Origin: an uncultured Verrucomicrobiae bacterium
GTDB lineage: Bacteria > Verrucomicrobiota > Verrucomicrobiia > Limisphaerales > Palsa-1400
Direction of reading: 5' to 3'
Assembly: GCA_963702845.1 (NCBI GenBank)
Contig: OY969763.1
Span: forward strand, 3,168,001-3,232,000
Length of the DNA: 64,000 nt
Position numbers and translations under genes: made by a program. How positions within the stretch are numbered: the stretch's first letter is position 1; each line of letters starts with the position of its first letter. Shown one piece after another: positions 1 through 8,445 of this stretch. Below the pieces are notes generated by a model that was not told the origin of the DNA, searched no databases, and saw nothing but the letters and a program-made list of their open reading frames with translations.

Positions 1-10
1 GACCACGGCA

Positions 11-115
11 TCCCCCCACCGGGGGGTTAGAGCCGTCAGGCCGTCAGGAATGTTGATGGTCAACATATTGTGACTGGTTTTACCCGTCATGCTGACGGCT
101 GGTAGCCGTCAGGTT
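11..115. repeat. 105-bp CCGTCAGG-motif element, copy 1
   Basis: Gap-free alignment to 21601-21705 (82/105 identical by hand count); C6-ACC-G6 hairpin, tandem GCCGTCAGG x2, TGATGGTCAA-N4-TTG, CCGTCA-TGC-TGACGG palindrome, further CCGTCAGG. Confidence 0.85.
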
Positions 116-130
116 GCCGGGAACCCGTTG

Positions 131-162
131 AGATTAGAACAAATTGTTTTGATCTTCGCTGC
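131..162. repeat. ~32-bp direct repeat shared with 4881-4912
   Basis: agattaGAACAAATTGTTTTGATcttcgctgc vs aaatttGAACAAATTGTTTTGATgttcggtgc. Confidence 0.7.
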
Positions 163-242
163 CGCGAAGCGCCTGACGGCTGGTTGCTGGCAGTGAACGC
201 GCCAACCGGTCCAGTGGAACGCCACTAAAGCTAGAGGTGCCG

Positions 243-411
243 AGAGGCGAAGATGGATGGAAGATGGCAAGCTTGCCTACGATTCGCCACGGCACGCTGC
301 GCGGGACTTCCTGGCTGCGCTTGTCAGGAACACGAAGGCCAGGCTTTTTTTCCAGACGCTCAATAAAGCCAATGTTTATGCAATCGTGTATCGACTCCAA
401 ACCGCGAAGAA
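243..411 (+). pseudogene. Fragment of YdeI/OmpD-associated family gene; inverted duplicate of 4354-4527
   Basis: Encodes AYDSPR...DFLAAL.RNTKA.LFFQTLNKANVYAIVYRLQTAKK with indels; high identity to reverse complement of 4354-4527. Confidence 0.85.
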
Positions 412-540
412 ACACGATCAACTCCTTCGTCGCACAGTCGTGAAGTTCGTTTGGGGTTTTCGCACCGGCACCGTCGTCGATTTGGGGTAGCTTGACCTAC
501 CGAAAGGAGCTAACTACCCTTCACCAGACTCAGCCTCAGG

Positions 541-1254
541 ATGAGACGGAACTCTCAATTGTTCTTCCGTGCATTTGTTGCCGTTGCCGTTGCGACGGGC
601 GCAGCCTTACCTGTTCTCTGGCCAATCCTTTCGGGGACAAACAAGGACTATGATCGTGGGGGGCTGATCTTTATTGTGTCGTTGATGGCGATGGGCAATG
701 TCGGCTTTTTAGCGGCTGCGCTTTGGGCGAAGCGGAAAGAATCCAGACCGGTGAAAGTGCCTCGAATTCCGATTGAGACGGCGAACCGATTTCTCGCGAC
801 TTTCGGGATTACGAAACCGACAAAGGATTATGAACGATGGGTAAAGGAGGATGGGTTCGATCTCGATGATTTTGCAAACGTTCTAACCGAGAGCCCTTTC
901 ATTTTTGTTGTCGACTGGAGGGCAGACATCGCAGATGAGCTTCCGCGAATCGTCGACGGCCTCGCGAAGCTTAGGGTCAGGCTAGAGAGCAAAGTAGATG
1001 CAGTTGCCAGCACAGCATTCGTCGGCAGCGGTGAAAACAAAATTCTAGTGAAGTACGTGCCAGCTGATCACGACGACTTCACGGACACGATTGTGGCGAT
1101 CCAATCAGTTGTTCCGTCGCACATCGAATTTCGGAAATCGCCAGATAACGAACTTAGGGATACATGGTACTTTGCGGCGCTGCCACGGGCTGAATGGTCG
1201 GAACTTGAAGCACTGGATTCGGCGGCTCTGCAGAGGTTGTATGTTCCGCTATAG
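541..1254 (+). CDS. Hypothetical membrane protein (two N-terminal hydrophobic segments plus acidic soluble domain)
   Basis: 237-aa ORF with ATG start; no recognised family motif. Confidence 0.7.
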   Translation: MRRNSQLFFRAFVAVAVATGAALPVLWPILSGTNKDYDRGGLIFIVSLMAMGNVGFLAAALWAKRKESRPVKVPRIPIETANRFLATFGITKPTKDYERWVKEDGFDLDDFANVLTESPFIFVVDWRADIADELPRIVDGLAKLRVRLESKVDAVASTAFVGSGENKILVKYVPADHDDFTDTIVAIQSVVPSHIEFRKSPDNELRDTWYFAALPRAEWSELEALDSAALQRLYVPL

Positions 1255-1335
1255 TACGTGGATTGGTCGACAGGAATTGCTGAGAGGTTTTTAGCTCCTT
1301 TGTCGCGCTGTCGTGAAACTTCGTTTTGGGCTTTT

Positions 1336-1400
1336 ACCCAGGGTAGCGCCCCGCATCCCTCCGCAACACCTGGGCTAAATGCTTTAACCCCGTCGGGGTT
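1336..1400. repeat. Dispersed REP-like double hairpin of the family flanking the Y1 transposase
   Basis: CCCAGGGTAGCG...CGCAAC(A)CCTGGGCT-N9-AACCCCGTCGGGGTT; same layout and 9-nt spacing as 21320-21386. Confidence 0.7.
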
Positions 1401-1431
1401 TCTGGAAGCTGCGTTCCAAATTGAGTCGGGA

Positions 1432-2274
1432 TTATGCGATTTCTATCACGAGGGCGGTTGTGTTGTCGCGACCGCTCTTTTCCACCGCCTCTTTCACCAG
1501 GCGTTGAGCTAGATCCGCGCGCGATTGCCCCGATTTTGATTCGTGGAGGATTTCTACCACGTGGTGATCATAAAGGCCCTCGACCAAGCCGTCCGTGCAC
1601 AGCAGAAAAATATCGCCGCTTTCGTAGCCAACTGCGCCGAGTTGCGGGTCGACGAATTGATTGCCGCCGCCGAGCGCTTTCTGCAATACGCTTCGTCGTG
1701 GATGTGTCCGAGCTTCCCGTTCGCTGATCTTGCCGTTGCGAAATAACCAGGCTACGTGCGTATCGTCGTGACTGAGCTGTTTGATCTTGTCCTCCTTTGC
1801 GGGGAGGTAATAGAGGCGACTGTCGCCGATGTGCCCGAAATGCATCCAGCCGGGGGTAAACCAGCAAAGGGTCAGCGTGGCTTCCATTCCATTGCATTCC
1901 TCGTAACTGCCACCCAGGTAGACCAACGCCTTGTGCACCTCGCCGAAAAGCTCTGTCAGCACGCCATCGTAGTCCGTTATGAAGCCGGTCGCGGATTGTT
2001 TGAAAGAGCGCGGGAGTAAAGTCGTGATCTTTTCGATAGTGATGCGACTGGCGTATTCGCCCGCGAGCGCGCCGCCCATGCCGTCGCTCACCGCGAAGGC
2101 AAAATCGGTTTTCGCGGTCGAGGTCTCGCCTGATTTGCCAAGTCGATGAACTTCTTTGGCATCAAATCGCAGCGCCAAAAAGGCGTCCTCATTGTTGGGA
2201 CGCACCTTGCCACGATCGGTGTAACCGGACCATTTGAGCAACGCAGGGGTGGAAACGTCTTGGGGAGGATTCAT
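1432..2274 (-). CDS. PP2C (PPM/PrpC-type) Ser/Thr protein phosphatase
   Basis: Motifs TDRGKVRPNNEDA, AVSDGMGG, HIGDSRLY, LCTDGL, GRDNTT. Confidence 0.95.
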   Translation of the reverse strand: MNPPQDVSTPALLKWSGYTDRGKVRPNNEDAFLALRFDAKEVHRLGKSGETSTAKTDFAFAVSDGMGGALAGEYASRITIEKITTLLPRSFKQSATGFITDYDGVLTELFGEVHKALVYLGGSYEECNGMEATLTLCWFTPGWMHFGHIGDSRLYYLPAKEDKIKQLSHDDTHVAWLFRNGKISEREARTHPRRSVLQKALGGGNQFVDPQLGAVGYESGDIFLLCTDGLVEGLYDHHVVEILHESKSGQSRADLAQRLVKEAVEKSGRDNTTALVIEIA

Positions 2275-2669
2275 TGCGGGGGCTTCGGCGTTTTATCGGA
2301 AAGAATCGTCGCGAGTTCGAAATCCACGAGACAGAAGCGACCGTCGGATTGGCGATACGTGACATTTCGCGGGTCTGGATCGTCGTGGCGCACGCCGTAG
2401 CTTTCAAGTTCCGCAAGCAATTCCTGCAATCGTTCGTCATCGATCCGTTCAACGCGCGACCCGCAACTGGTGGTGACGATTCTCGTTTCGACCGGGTCCG
2501 CTTCGAGCAGGCGTGGCACAAATTTGCACCGTTGTTGCTCCAAATATCGAAGGACCTCTACCTCATGATCGAAACGCTCGCGGGCGTTGGGGCCGTGATA
2601 GGATTTCACGACCCGACCATCGAAGGTCAGGTTGACGGTCGAGCGCAGCGTGTCTTTAACTTTTAGCAC
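2271..2669 (-). CDS. Minimal protein-kinase-like (APH/RIO/Kdo superfamily) protein
   Basis: VVK lysine, HEVEVL alphaC glutamate, HDDPDPRNV catalytic loop, LVDFEL; 4-nt overlap with the PP2C start. Confidence 0.8.
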   Translation of the reverse strand: MLKVKDTLRSTVNLTFDGRVVKSYHGPNARERFDHEVEVLRYLEQQRCKFVPRLLEADPVETRIVTTSCGSRVERIDDERLQELLAELESYGVRHDDPDPRNVTYRQSDGRFCLVDFELATILSDKTPKPPQ

Positions 2670-2878
2670 TTCGCAGAGAATAATCGCGTAAAGGAAAGGG
2701 CTTGAAAAGCACCGTTCAACAGGCGTCGAGAGATGGCTAAATTTTACCAGCCTGAAATAAACTCAACAGCGATTGCGCCGAAAACATATAGGCACAGAAA
2801 GGTTATATTTTAAATTTGCGCGTCGAAACGCCTTATTAATACGGTTTTAATACGTCTGCCTCCAATTTGCTTGCGGCA

Positions 2879-2894
2879 TGGCATTTTCCCTGCT
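2879..2894 (+). promoter_or_regulatory. Putative sigma-54 (-24/-12) promoter of glnII
   Basis: TGGCATTTTCCCTGCT = TGGCA...GC with exact GG-N10-GC spacing, ~75 bp upstream of the ATG; AT-rich tract upstream. Confidence 0.7.
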
Positions 2895-2970
2895 GAGCTT
2901 ATGTGCGCCGGTGGAAGCTGAACCTATTCCCCTGCGATTTACAAAGATCCGTTTAACCCTGTATAAACAA

Positions 2971-4059
2971 ATGGCGAAATATAAATTAGAGTACATTTGG
3001 CTGGACGGCTATGAGCCCGTTCCCAACCTCCGCAGTAAAACCAAGATCGTCGAATATTCCAAGTTTCCGAAGCTGAGCGAATTGCCCTGGTGGGGCTTCG
3101 ATGGCAGCTCGACGCGCCAGGCCGAAGGCAAAACCTCGGACTGCATGCTGAAACCCGTTGCGGTTTATCCCGATTCCACCCGCAAGAACGGCGCGCTGGT
3201 GATGTGCGAAGTTTACATGCCCGACATGAAGACGCCGCATCCGAGCAATAGTCGCGCACCGATCCTGGACGATTCCGGCGCGTGGTTCGGCTTCGAGCAG
3301 GAATATTTCTTCTGGAAGGACAATGCTCCGATCGGTTTCCCCGCCAACGGCGGCTATCCCTATCCGCAGGGTGAATATTACACTGGCGTTGGTTACAAGG
3401 GCGTCGGTTGCGTCGCTCGTGAATTGGCCGAGAAGCACATTGATCTGTGCCTCGACGCTGGCATCAACATCGAAGGCATCAACGCTGAAGTTGCGAAGGG
3501 CCAATGGGAATTCCAGATCTTCGGCAAAGGTTCCCGCACCGCCGCCGACCAGATGTGGGTTGCGCGCTACATCCTGATGCGCCTGTGCGAGTCTTACGGC
3601 ATCGATATCAACTGGCATTGCAAGCCGCTGGGCAAGGACGTCGATTGGAACGGCTCCGGCATGCACAGCAACTTCTCGACGACCTACATGCGCGAAGTCG
3701 GTGGCCAGGAATACTTCGAGAAACTGATGGCGGCATTCGACAAATACAAGAACGAACACATCGCCGTGTATGGCCCGGACAACCATCTGCGCCTGACCGG
3801 TCTGCACGAAACGCAGTCCATCGACAAGTTCAACTACGGCGTGGCCAACCGCGGTGCTTCCGTGCGCGTCCCGCACAGCTTCGTGAACGATGACTTCAAG
3901 GGTTACCTCGAAGATCGTCGTCCGAATTCGCAGGGCGACCCGTACAAAATCGCCAGCCGCATCCTGCAGACGATTGCCACCGTTCCGACGAGCCCGGCCA
4001 AGGGTGCGAAGAGAAATGGAAATGGCAAACTCGGCAAGCGCGAAGTGGTGGCTGCTTAA
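2971..4059 (+). CDS. glnII: Glutamine synthetase type II
   Basis: MAKYKLEYIWLDG, WGFDGSST, GFEQEY, NAEVAKGQWEFQ, DWNGSGMH, RLTGLHET, YLEDRRP; start set at ATG 2971. Confidence 0.95.
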   Translation: MAKYKLEYIWLDGYEPVPNLRSKTKIVEYSKFPKLSELPWWGFDGSSTRQAEGKTSDCMLKPVAVYPDSTRKNGALVMCEVYMPDMKTPHPSNSRAPILDDSGAWFGFEQEYFFWKDNAPIGFPANGGYPYPQGEYYTGVGYKGVGCVARELAEKHIDLCLDAGINIEGINAEVAKGQWEFQIFGKGSRTAADQMWVARYILMRLCESYGIDINWHCKPLGKDVDWNGSGMHSNFSTTYMREVGGQEYFEKLMAAFDKYKNEHIAVYGPDNHLRLTGLHETQSIDKFNYGVANRGASVRVPHSFVNDDFKGYLEDRRPNSQGDPYKIASRILQTIATVPTSPAKGAKRNGNGKLGKREVVAA

Positions 4060-4120
4060 GCGGCTCGGAGCTGGCAGCGTTTTTTGCCTCCACTATTACG
4101 CTTAGTGGGGGTGCTCAAAG

Positions 4121-4153
4121 CGGCGCGGACGAAAGTCCGCGCCGTTTCGCTTT
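4121..4153 (+). terminator. Rho-independent terminator of glnII
   Basis: CGGCGCGGAC-GAAA-GTCCGCGCCG followed by TTTCGCTTT. Confidence 0.8.
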
Positions 4154-4280
4154 CGACCACGGATTACGCGGATAGGAAATTTTATCAGTGCATTCCGCCT
4201 AATCCGCTGTTTATTTTCTGAAAAACCAGAGGATTAGGGACAAGAGGAGGCTCAGAAGCAAGACCCAGTATTCGCCAAAC

Positions 4281-4646
4281 TCACGGATGAAACTTTTCAC
4301 CGCGCTCCAACATTTCCACGATCATCTTCATTCGCCTGGCTCTTGTTTCGGGCTTCTTCGCGGTTTGAAGGCGATACACGATTGCATAAACATTGGCTTT
4401 ATTGAGTGTCTGGAAAAAAAGCGTGGCCTTCGTGTTCCTGGCAAGCGCAGCCAGGAAGTCCTCTGGCGGAGCAGCCTGCCTCGGCGAATCGTAGGCAGCT
4501 TGCCATCTTCCATCCGCCTTCGCCTCTTCCACAGCTTTGCGGCCTGCACTTTCCATCAGCCCGGATCGCGTGAGTCGTTCGACGTGTTGCGTGTTAGTTT
4601 TCGACCACCCGCTGCCCGCACGTCGCGGAGTGAACTTCTGCAGCCA
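4281..4646 (-). pseudogene. ydeI: 5'-truncated YdeI/OmpD-associated family gene
   Basis: Frame reads WLQKFTPRRAGSGWSKTNTQHVERL...GRWQAAYDS...LQTAKKPETRARR; homology and start codon are missing upstream of 4646. Confidence 0.75.
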
Positions 4647-4731
4647 AAAAAGGGGTCGGTTCTTTGTATTGACAACTAAATGGCAGCCGCCGGAAAACTC
4701 AGGCCGATTTATCGGAGCCTGTTGCAGTCCT

Positions 4732-4789
4732 AACTGTTCGACAACACTTCAATCCGGCATTCCCGATTTCAGATAAAAGATAGAAGACC
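4732..4789. repeat. ~58-bp imperfect direct repeat, copy A (partner 5517-5573)
   Basis: aactgttcgacaacacttcaatccggcattcccgatttcagataaaagatagaagacc vs aactgttgacacaactttaatccgccatcctcgatttcagttaaaagattgaagacc. Confidence 0.8.
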
Positions 4790-5001
4790 GCTGGAGAAAG
4801 TTGAGGGTTGAGTGCAACGCAGAATTACAAATCACAGATTACAAAAACATCGAAGGGCGATTGCAAATTGGCGGTGCGGGAAATTTGAACAAATTGTTTT
4901 GATGTTCGGTGCGAGTCGCACTTCCCAAACCGTGAACCGGTTGAAAACCTGCGCTAGGTAGCAATGCCGGTTTGCACCGAAGTTTGGCGCGTCACATCTG
5001 T

Positions 5002-5448
5002 TCAATTGTAAGATTTTAGCACAACGCCAGCTACCAGAATGAATGCGGTTCCGAGGCCGAAAAAACACCACGTTCCGCCGTGAATGCCGGGTTCAAGAAC
5101 GGCCTGGGCAGGATCGGACGGGTTGTAATGCACTAATACTTTTTTGCCGACGGGATAGATGCGTGAGTCATCAAATGAGGAGGAGCCCCCCATCATTCCG
5201 AATGCGATGGTTTCGCCGGTGAACTCCGAGGCGCCGACGTTGTAATCGTAGGTGATCTTCGGTGACCAGGTCGTTCCTCCTTCTCCACTACTACGTGATG
5301 TCATTTCGGCTGTGCGAATGATGCCGTCAACAACCGGCCAACCGTAGGTTCGGAGGCTTTGCACGACTAACCATCCGCCTATACAAACCATGGCAAGGCC
5401 AAAGAGAAAAAACAGCCGTAAAAATCTGATGCTTTGTTTGGGTTTCAT
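5002..5448 (-). CDS. DUF3592-family membrane protein
   Basis: TM - WPVVDGII...P.ITYDYNV....TG...YPVGKKVLVHYNPSDPAQAVLE - TM. Confidence 0.85.
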   Translation of the reverse strand: MKPKQSIRFLRLFFLFGLAMVCIGGWLVVQSLRTYGWPVVDGIIRTAEMTSRSSGEGGTTWSPKITYDYNVGASEFTGETIAFGMMGGSSSFDDSRIYPVGKKVLVHYNPSDPAQAVLEPGIHGGTWCFFGLGTAFILVAGVVLKSYN

Positions 5449-5516
5449 AACATCTTTTTTGCGAAGGATTAAATAAGTTCAGGTATCAGTGTCAACTATT
5501 TCAGGTAATCGGTTTC

Positions 5517-5573
5517 AACTGTTGACACAACTTTAATCCGCCATCCTCGATTTCAGTTAAAAGATTGAAGACC
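5517..5573. repeat. ~57-bp imperfect direct repeat, copy B
   Basis: See 4732-4789. Confidence 0.8.
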
Positions 5574-5729
5574 AGATGAGGCCGGATTCGTTGCGGCCGA
5601 TGAGCGGTCTCAACGATCAACCGTTTCAACTAGATACTCTTGAAACAGTGTCTACTTTACCATAGACTAACGCAGCTACTGAACGTGCAGCCCGGGAGCC
5701 AAGAGGACTGATCAAAGGCGGACTTGTCG

Positions 5730-5753
5730 CGCCGAAGCCTTGGCGAAGGCGGA
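5730..5753. repeat. Possible REP-type short palindrome
   Basis: CGCCGAAGCCTTGGCGAAGGCGGA, intergenic; single copy here, resembles a dispersed repeat type recalled from related genomes. Confidence 0.4.
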
Positions 5754-5900
5754 TTGTTCTTTGACAGTGTGGGACGTTCCGGACGGCCGATTGGTTCTTA
5801 ATGTGAAACAGCAACGTCATCACCGCGTTCAGTGCAGGTGTGTGTTAGATTCTAAACAACTAGCGCGCCTAGCAAAAAGGAGAATGTCACCATTAATAGG

Positions 5901-8265
5901 ATGAAACCTTTCCGGCATATTGTTGCGAACGCCTGTCCGTTGGTGCTGGGCATCGGACTGTTCCTGGTGAGTGCGTCCGTCTCCGCTGCGACCGGGAAGG
6001 CGTCGCTTCCGATGGAGCCAAGCCTTTCCAAAGATCCCGCCCATGCACCGGACTGGGCGAATCGCCTGCTGGCCAAGGACCCGAAGGTCCGCGCCACCGC
6101 TCAAGCGGCCCTGGTGCAAGGAGGACGAAGTTCGTTCCCGTTGCTGAAAAAATTCCTCGACCCTGAGCGAGAAGACCTGCGCGTCGTGACGTTTCAAATC
6201 ATTCAGCGGATCGGTCCTCCTGCCATCCCGCTGTTGGTAGAGTTGCTACGGCATAAGTCCGACTCCATCCGGCGTGCCGCCATCAGTGAATTGATCGACC
6301 TTGCCCCCCACACCGAAGGGGTTCAACCGGCGTTGAGCCTTGCGCTAAGAGACGCGGACTCGATGGTCGCAGGCGATGCCGCACGCGCCCTGGGCGCTTT
6401 GGGCAAGCGGGCCGGCCCTTCAGTAGACGCGCTCGTCAAAACTCTGGCGCACAAGGATCCATACGTCCGTGTCTATGCAGCGGAGGCTTTGGCGTCCATC
6501 GGGCCGAACGCGACTAATGCAATTAACGCGTTGGTGGAAGCAGTGAGCGATCCCATGCCGGGCGTTCGCTGGGCGGCGTGTGAGGGGATTGCAAGCATGG
6601 GCCCCGCTGCGCAGCCTGCAGTCCCGAAATTGATTGAAGCTTTGAAGGATGAATTCCTCTATGTGCGTATCTGTGCGGCTGGGGCGTTGGGAAGTATCGG
6701 GCCAAAGGCACAGTCGGCACGTGAGGCACTGACGGCGGCAGCAAACGATCCTGCATTGCGAAACGAAGCAGAGTGGGCATTGAGTCGAATTGTTGGAGTC
6801 AAATCTGGAGAAGTGCTTCCGCACGGGCACCAACCGGACGCGCACCGGGTCGCATCACACGTTGCGCCCGCAACTTCTGTCACACCGGCCCTTCAAACCA
6901 CAGTTGCCCAACCGGGCAATCCACCGGTTGACTGGGATACCACGACCGGTCGGAACATCATCTGGAGCGTTGAGTTGGGAAATGAAACGTTTGGTCGTCC
7001 TGTGGTTGCCGGCGAAGCGGTCTATGTGGGCACCGACAACTCAAGGCACCTCAATCCTCGCTGCCAGGAAGAAGCCGGAGTGCTCGTGGCATTTCGAGCG
7101 AACGATGGGAAATTCCTTTGGCAGGACGTGGCCCCGCGAATAGAGCGAGGTCTGCGAGAGTTCCTGTTGCCCTCGACGACAAGCGCGCCGTATGTGGAAG
7201 GGAACCGGTTGTACTATGTCACCGCCGAGTGCCAACTCCGTTGCCTCGACACAGAGGGATTTCGTGATGGGGAGAACAATGGTCCGTATCAAGATGAAGT
7301 GTTTCACGACGACGCTGCCGCCGACATCATCTGGGAGTTGGACATGTGTGCACGATTGGGCGTCTTTCCACATGAAGCCTCCAATAGCGAAGTGTTGCCC
7401 GTAGGCGATCTGCTGTTGGTCTCTACATCCAACGGTCGAAATGAAGGTCACACACGCGTCCCATCGCCGCGCGCTCCCAGCCTGATCGCAGTGGACAAAC
7501 GTTCGGGCGAAGTGGTCTGGCGCGCCATCGGGGCGGGCGAGCATGTGCTGCACGGCCAGTGGTCCAGCCCGGCGGCCGCCAATATTAATGGCCGCATGCA
7601 GGTGCTCTTCGGCGGAGGAGATGGTTGGCTGCGCTCCTACGACGCGACGTCCGGTCGCGAAGTCTGGCGATTTGACGGCAATCCGAAAAACGCCCCGTGG
7701 CCTCCGCGGCCCGGAGTCCTTTCGCGCGGCGCTATCATTGCTTCACCAGTCTTCGACGGCGGCCGCGTGTTCGTTGCAATGGGAGAGAGCCCCGGGCAGC
7801 TCAATGGACCTTCATTGATTCATGCAATAAGTCCCAACGGCCAGGGAGACGTCACCGAGAGCAGGCTGCTCTGGACCTCTGGCGATGTCGGTCGCGTGGT
7901 CGGAACACCCATTGCGAAAGACGGTCTACTATACGTCGGGGACCTGGGCGGAACGATCCATTGTCTGGACGCGGCGACCGGCGTCTGCATCTGGAAGCAC
8001 GAGACGAACGAGGCCATTTGGGGAAGCCTCCTGCTGAGCCGGCGATCAGCTGTACGTTGGGAACGTTGGAGGGACCATGACCGTTCTTCGGGCCGGGCGG
8101 CGGAAGGAGTTGCTGGCGCAGATCAAGATGGATGCGCCGCTTTATTCGCGTCCGGCGCAAGTCGGCGATGCGCTTTATCTGGCGACCGCAACCCGGTTGT
8201 ATTGCATCGCGACGAACGGTTTGAATGAACCGGCGGGCGCCGAGCAGTCTCACGACAAAAAATAA
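5901..8265 (+). CDS. Secreted HEAT-repeat + PQQ-like (BamB-type) beta-propeller protein; +1 frameshift at ~8037
   Basis: Signal peptide; HEAT repeats (VRVYAAEALASIG, VRWAACEGIASMG, VRICAAGALGSIG); propeller repeats (DATSGREVWRFD, DAATGVCIWKHE); removing A8037 gives GSLLLAGDQLYVGN...LYCI to stop 8265 (~787 aa). Confidence 0.85.
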
Positions 8266-8283
8266 TTTTGGAATTCGCGACGT

Positions 8284-8313
8284 TCTATAAACAGGTCACG
8301 CCTAACGGAGTTT
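8284..8313. repeat. REP-like unit, second family (partner 62802-62823)
   Basis: acaggtcacgcctaacggagtt vs acatggcactcctgccggagct (16/22); both just 3' of genes. Confidence 0.45.
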
Positions 8314-8408
8314 ACCGCGTTTGGATTCGTCCAGCCTCGCTGCTCTTTTCAGTCGGCTGCGAAAAGCGCCCAGGACATTGATGCATTTTGTCTCCGCTCT
8401 AAAATCAA

Positions 8409-8437
8409 TTGACTGACTGCCGAACGAGGTCTAAATC
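8409..8437 (+). promoter_or_regulatory. Possible sigma-70 promoter, near-leaderless transcript
   Basis: TTGACT-N17-TAAATC, 8 nt before GTG 8446. Confidence 0.4.
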
Positions 8438-8445
8438 ACAGGGCT

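Noticed and set aside
11..115. CCGTCAGG repeats as a CRISPR array
   Set aside because: Units are 8-9 bp, in mixed orientation, without regular spacers; no cas genes
2878..2970. N-terminal extension of glutamine synthetase
   Set aside because: Overlaps the sigma-54 promoter; the conserved start is MAKYKLEY
2986..3876. Long antisense ORFs (also 18431-19585, 10240-11004, 51034-51840 and many shorter ones)
   Set aside because: Shadows of well-supported opposite-strand genes in GC-rich DNA, with no motifs
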